DNA of 41,455 nucleotides from Pseudomonadota bacterium (GTDB lineage Bacteria; Pseudomonadota; Gammaproteobacteria; UBA4575): NCBI GenBank assembly GCA_039030355.1, contig JBCCEI010000002.1, positions 1 to 41,455 of the forward strand, read 5' to 3'. Shown piece by piece: positions 37,563 to 41,455 of this stretch (position 1 is its first letter; each line of letters starts with the position of its first letter). The notes under the pieces were generated by a model. It saw only the letters and a program-made list of their open reading frames with translations, ran no database searches and was not told where the DNA came from. The position numbers and the translations under genes were made by a program.

Positions 37563-38558
37563 TTATTCACTACTAACCTCCACCAGTGTTCTACCTTTAA
37601 TTTCATTATTTAATAGTTTTTCAAATGCCTCTGGTAAATCTTCAAGCCTGACTGTTTGTGAATGTATTTTAGCTATTTGCTCAGGATGTAAATCATGGGC
37701 TAAGCGATTCCAGATTAACTTTCTCAGTGTTTGTGGACAATTAGATGAACTTACCCCCAACAAGTTCACACCTCGAATAATAAATGGCATGGGTGATAGC
37801 TCAAAAGTTGTTCCACCTGCAACCCCTACACTCACCACATTACCCCAAGGCCGTGTAGCACGCACTAAAGCACTTAACGTTTTCCCACCAACGTTGTCTA
37901 TTGCCCCTGCCCAACGTGTTTTTTCCAACACGCCTTCGCCAATATCGATTTTGCCCCGTCCCACAACCTTAGTTGCGCCCAACTCATATAAATAATCATG
38001 TGCGGTATCTTTTCCAGTAACTGCAATCGTCTCAAATCCTAGTTTATTCAATATATTAATCGCAAAACTTCCAACCCCCCCGCTCGCGCCTGTAACCACA
38101 ATTGGTCCATCATCCACTAGTTGATTATTTTGCTCTAACAAGTGAACGCAAAGCGCGGCAGTGAATCCTGCAGTTCCAATAATCATGGATTGAGCCAAGG
38201 TTAATTTATTTGGCATAGGCACAACCCATTCACTAGGTACACATGCAAATTCAGCATAGCCTCCATCATGCACCTCGCTTAGACCACTACCATTCACAAG
38301 TACCTGGTCTCCTTGTGCAAAATCACTGCATGTAGACTCAACCACTTCTCCAGCTAAATCGATTCCGCCCACTAGTGGCGAACGTCGCAGTATTTTTGCT
38401 TTACCTGTACCTGCAAGTGCATCTTTATAGTTAATACTTGAATACTTTACGTGAATAACAACTTCACCTTCACAAAGGTCTGTCATCGTAAGTTGCTCGA
38501 TGCCTGAACGTGTACTTTCTTTATCTGAGTGAATGCGAAAAGCAGGAAATTTTTGCAT
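37563..38558 (-). CDS. acuI: YhdH/AcuI-type NADPH-dependent acrylyl-CoA/quinone oxidoreductase (MDR family)
   Basis: Motifs VKYSSINYKDALA, GIDLAGEVVES and VTGASGGVGSFAI are present. Confidence 0.8.
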   Translation of the reverse strand: MQKFPAFRIHSDKESTRSGIEQLTMTDLCEGEVVIHVKYSSINYKDALAGTGKAKILRRSPLVGGIDLAGEVVESTCSDFAQGDQVLVNGSGLSEVHDGGYAEFACVPSEWVVPMPNKLTLAQSMIIGTAGFTAALCVHLLEQNNQLVDDGPIVVTGASGGVGSFAINILNKLGFETIAVTGKDTAHDYLYELGATKVVGRGKIDIGEGVLEKTRWAGAIDNVGGKTLSALVRATRPWGNVVSVGVAGGTTFELSPMPFIIRGVNLLGVSSSNCPQTLRKLIWNRLAHDLHPEQIAKIHSQTVRLEDLPEAFEKLLNNEIKGRTLVEVSSE

Positions 38559-38561
38559 GTT

Positions 38562-39698
38562 TTAAATTGTTTTAGCTGCCAATTTTATAAAACATTTTTT
38601 CGCAGACGATAATGTGTCTTCACCATTGTTAGCCAGAAGATTGAAATGCCCCATTTTTCTTCCTGGCCTTGCTTGATGCTTACCATATAAATGCAACTTA
38701 GCATTATCAGACATAATAATAGACCAATCTGGTTGTTGTTGATTTTCCCATAAATCTCCGAGCAGGTTGACCATCGTCACTGAACTGTGAGCTTCCGTAT
38801 TACCCAAAGGCAAATCACAAATCGCCCTGACTTGCTGTTCAAATTGGGAGGTATAGCATGCATCCATTGAATAATGGCCACTGTTATGTGTGCGTGGTGC
38901 CATTTCATTAAAATAAAGATTTCCATCTTTATCGATAAAAAACTCCACCGCAAGCACACCAATATAATTTAGCTCTTCAGCAATTTTCTGAGCACAGGAC
39001 TTAGCTAAGGTTTGAATTTCTTCACTTGCTGTTGCTGGGACAGTGCTTGTAAATAATATTCCATCTTTATGTACATTCTCAGCCACAGGAAAAAAACTAA
39101 GCTGGTTGCTTTTAGAACGCGCGAGCACCACAGAAACTTCACAGGCTAAATTAATTTTTTCCTCTAAAATACAATCTACATTTTCTAATTCATTCCATTT
39201 AGCCAAACATTCATCTGCTGATGTCACAACAGCTTGACCTTTCCCGTCATAGCCTAAACGTGTTGTTTTTAAAATCAGCGGTGCTTGTAGTTTCTGAAAT
39301 CCGTCTTCAATATCTTGCTCACTGCTTACTGAATAAAATGGAGTCGGCGATATCGATAATGATTCAGCAAAGGTTTTTTCTTTTATTCGATCTTGCGCAA
39401 GCTCAAGTGCTCGCGCGTTGGGGGAAATTTCACACGTTTTTTCTAAGTGTTCAAACACTTCTGCGGGAACATTTTCGAATTCAGTTGTAATAACGGAACA
39501 ACCTTGCGCCATGGCTTTCAACGAATGCGCGTCATCATAATTCGCTTGTAGATGTAGATGCGCAACTTCACCCGCAGGGCTTGCAGAATTGGGGTCAAGT
39601 ACGATCACACGGTAGCCCATCGCTGTAGCAGCATGCACAAACATGCGGCCAAGTTGGCCACCCCCTAGTATGCCAAGTGTTGCGCCTGGGAGAATCAT
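38562..39698 (-). CDS. purK: N5-carboxyaminoimidazole ribonucleotide synthase
   Basis: GILGGGQLGRM opens the protein, an ATP-grasp core follows, and there are NEMAPRTHNSGH and C-terminal RKMGH motifs. Confidence 0.93.
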   Translation of the reverse strand: MILPGATLGILGGGQLGRMFVHAATAMGYRVIVLDPNSASPAGEVAHLHLQANYDDAHSLKAMAQGCSVITTEFENVPAEVFEHLEKTCEISPNARALELAQDRIKEKTFAESLSISPTPFYSVSSEQDIEDGFQKLQAPLILKTTRLGYDGKGQAVVTSADECLAKWNELENVDCILEEKINLACEVSVVLARSKSNQLSFFPVAENVHKDGILFTSTVPATASEEIQTLAKSCAQKIAEELNYIGVLAVEFFIDKDGNLYFNEMAPRTHNSGHYSMDACYTSQFEQQVRAICDLPLGNTEAHSSVTMVNLLGDLWENQQQPDWSIIMSDNAKLHLYGKHQARPGRKMGHFNLLANNGEDTLSSAKKCFIKLAAKTI

Positions 39699-39722
39699 AA
39701 CGAGAATAAAATCACTGATTAA

Positions 39723-40214
39723 CTAATCAGATAACTTTGTGTTGAGAACTTTATCTGATTGAGCTGCACGATATTCATCCAACTTGATTTTTAAAGCAGA
39801 ATCATGATTTGCTAACATGGCCACTGCAAATAAACCCGCATTTGCTGCGCCAGCATTACCAATTGCAAATGTAGCCACCGGCACACCTTTGGGCATTTGC
39901 ACAATTGAATATAATGAATCCTGTCCCAACAAGTGTTTGCTTGGCACTGGTACGCCCAACACCGGGACAGTTGTCATCGCTGCTACCATACCGGGTAGAT
40001 GTGCAGCACCACCGGCACCTGCAATAATGCACTGGATACCACGTGAAGCCGCAGATTCAGAAAATTCTGTCATTAATTTTGGCGTACGATGAGCAGAAAC
40101 AACGCGCTTCTCGTACAATATATTAAAGTTTGAAAGTACCTCTGCAGCAGCCTGCATTACCGGCCAGTCACTATCACTCCCCATGATAAGACTTACTTGT
40201 GGATCGGCCATTGT
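39723..40214 (-). CDS. purE: N5-CAIR mutase
   Basis: Starting at the internal ATG 40214 places GAGGAA 7 nt upstream. Motifs IMGSDSDWPVM, SAHRTP, AGGAAHLPG and GVPV are present. Confidence 0.93.
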   Translation of the reverse strand, partial: TMADPQVSLIMGSDSDWPVMQAAAEVLSNFNILYEKRVVSAHRTPKLMTEFSESAASRGIQCIIAGAGGAAHLPGMVAAMTTVPVLGVPVPSKHLLGQDSLYSIVQMPKGVPVATFAIGNAGAANAGLFAVAMLANHDSALKIKLDEYRAAQSDKVLNTKLSD

Positions 40215-40326
40215 AATTCCTCGGTTGTGTAGACGAAAAAATAATCGGGCATTTTCGCTGAGACAGCGCAATAAAACCAGCTAAAAAACCAATATATACA
40301 GAAAAATAAACAACTAAATTACTGAA

Positions 40327-41211
40327 ATGCTATATGAATCTAAGTTAAAAAGTCTGAAACAGGTCTATCAAGGCAAAGTTCGCGATATTTACCATATCGA
40401 CGATGAACACTGGCTGATTGTTACTAGTGATCGTTTGTCTGCATTTGATGTGATTTTGCCCGACCCCATTCCTAAAAAAGGCATGGTGCTCACCACAGTA
40501 TCGAATTTCTGGTTCGAGCGCTTTTCAAACAACGTCAACAATCATTTAAGTGACCTGAAACTTGAAGACATTATTCAAGATAAGCAAGAGCTAGAAATAC
40601 TTCGCGGCAGAAGTGTAATTGCACGTAAATTAAAAGCACTGCCTTTTGAAGCGATCGTACGTGGTTATGTCATTGGTTCTGGCTGGAAAGAATATCAGGA
40701 TACCGGTGCAATTTGTGGAATTGAATTACCTAAAAACTTACAACAAGCACAACAACTCGAAAACGCAATCTTCACTCCTTCTACCAAAGCTGCAGTGGGT
40801 GATCATGATGAAAATGTAAGCTTTGACGAAATTGTAAATCTAGTCGGCAAAGACATTGCTGAGAAAGTGCGTACACTAAGCATTGAAATTTATACTGAAG
40901 CCGCAAAGTATGCATTAGAACGTGGTATTATTATTGCCGATACCAAATTTGAATTTGGATTAAATGAAAACGAAGAAATTGTTTTAATTGACGAGGCACT
41001 TACACCCGACTCATCGCGCTTCTGGCCACAAGACTCTTATAAAGTTGGTGAAAGTCCTAAAAGTTATGATAAACAATATGTGCGAGACTATTTAGAGACA
41101 CTGGATTGGGACAAAAAAGCGCCTGGACCAAGATTAACGCAAGAAGTGATTGAAAATACGAGCAATAAGTATTTAGAAGCTTGCGAACATTTGACTGGAA
41201 TAAAATTATAA
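40327..41211 (+). CDS. purC: SAICAR synthase (long form)
   Basis: Motifs YQGKVRDIY, TSDRLSAFD, IADTKFEFG and DEALTPDSSRFW are present. Confidence 0.93.
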   Translation: MLYESKLKSLKQVYQGKVRDIYHIDDEHWLIVTSDRLSAFDVILPDPIPKKGMVLTTVSNFWFERFSNNVNNHLSDLKLEDIIQDKQELEILRGRSVIARKLKALPFEAIVRGYVIGSGWKEYQDTGAICGIELPKNLQQAQQLENAIFTPSTKAAVGDHDENVSFDEIVNLVGKDIAEKVRTLSIEIYTEAAKYALERGIIIADTKFEFGLNENEEIVLIDEALTPDSSRFWPQDSYKVGESPKSYDKQYVRDYLETLDWDKKAPGPRLTQEVIENTSNKYLEACEHLTGIKL

Positions 41212-41214
41212 TCT

Positions 41215-41455
41215 CTAACCAAGTTGCTGAAACAAATATGCAGGATCAAAATAACCCAACACCTGTTTAATCTTGCCATTATCAACTGTAATAAAATCCC
41301 ACCCAGGTAAAACGACCGATTTGCCTGATGGCTCTAACTCACCAACCGGGCCTTGATGAGTACCAAACAATAACCAAGGTGCTGAAATCATACCGTTACT
41401 GGCTTGTTTATTTGAAATGAGCTCAAGCTTTAAATCAGGAAACGCCATAAACAAG
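41215..41455 (-). CDS. SnoaL-like/ester-cyclase fold protein, C-terminal part (runs off the window)
   Basis: PSGKSVVLPGWDFITVDNGKIKQVLGYFDPAYLFQQLG is a typical SnoaL-like C-terminus. The ORF is still open at the window edge. Confidence 0.55.
   Translation of the reverse strand, partial: LFMAFPDLKLELISNKQASNGMISAPWLLFGTHQGPVGELEPSGKSVVLPGWDFITVDNGKIKQVLGYFDPAYLFQQLG

Noticed and set aside
40231-40270. The inverted repeat CGAAAA...TTTTCG upstream of purE as a PurR operator
   Set aside because: It does not resemble the PurR box (ACGCAAACGTTTGCGT type). It is just AT-rich partial symmetry in the purE/purC divergent region.
1-41455. A scan for rRNA, tRNA, CRISPR arrays, integrases, transposases and prophage genes
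   Set aside because: I found no cloverleaf-like or rRNA-like sequence in the intergenic regions, no spacer-repeat arrays, and no ORF with recombinase or transposase motifs. None is reported.

Overview
This is an AT-rich, densely packed chromosomal segment of gammaproteobacterial type with about 55 protein genes. I found no rRNA, tRNA, CRISPR array, transposase or integrase. Most genes are housekeeping: ilvA/rpiA, rplM-rpsI, coq7, speD, osmC/crp, rpe-gph-trpE-trpGDC, purEK/purC and nhaA. Five things go beyond that. (1) At 28.7-33.6 kb there is a five-gene, non-canonical chaperone-usher-like locus. A PapD-like periplasmic protein and an 818-aa usher-like outer-membrane protein lie on the + strand. 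They converge, with a 4-nt gap, on three paralogous secreted subunit genes on the - strand. Two subunits carry a donor-strand-like N-terminal extension; the third lacks it and is very arginine-rich. This is my best candidate for an under-described system. (2) A six-TM voltage-gated channel of the bacterial NaV (BacNaV) family, with an unusually acidic TLEDWTD selectivity filter, sits inside the trp operon between trpE and trpG, and its stop overlaps the trpG start (ATGA). (3) A 163-aa protein is built almost entirely of 37 K-R-K-(T/A/V) units, encoded by a degenerate 12-nt tandem repeat. (4) A perfect Zur-box palindrome overlaps the promoter of a zur-merC-like-zrgABCD-like zinc-uptake operon, and zur appears to be leaderless. 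(5) There are several small non-coding candidates: a promoter-plus-terminator sRNA candidate upstream of rplM, a possible trpE leader/attenuator, and a roughly 43-nt element that recurs directly after stop codons. All family assignments come from reading motifs by eye; no database search was possible.
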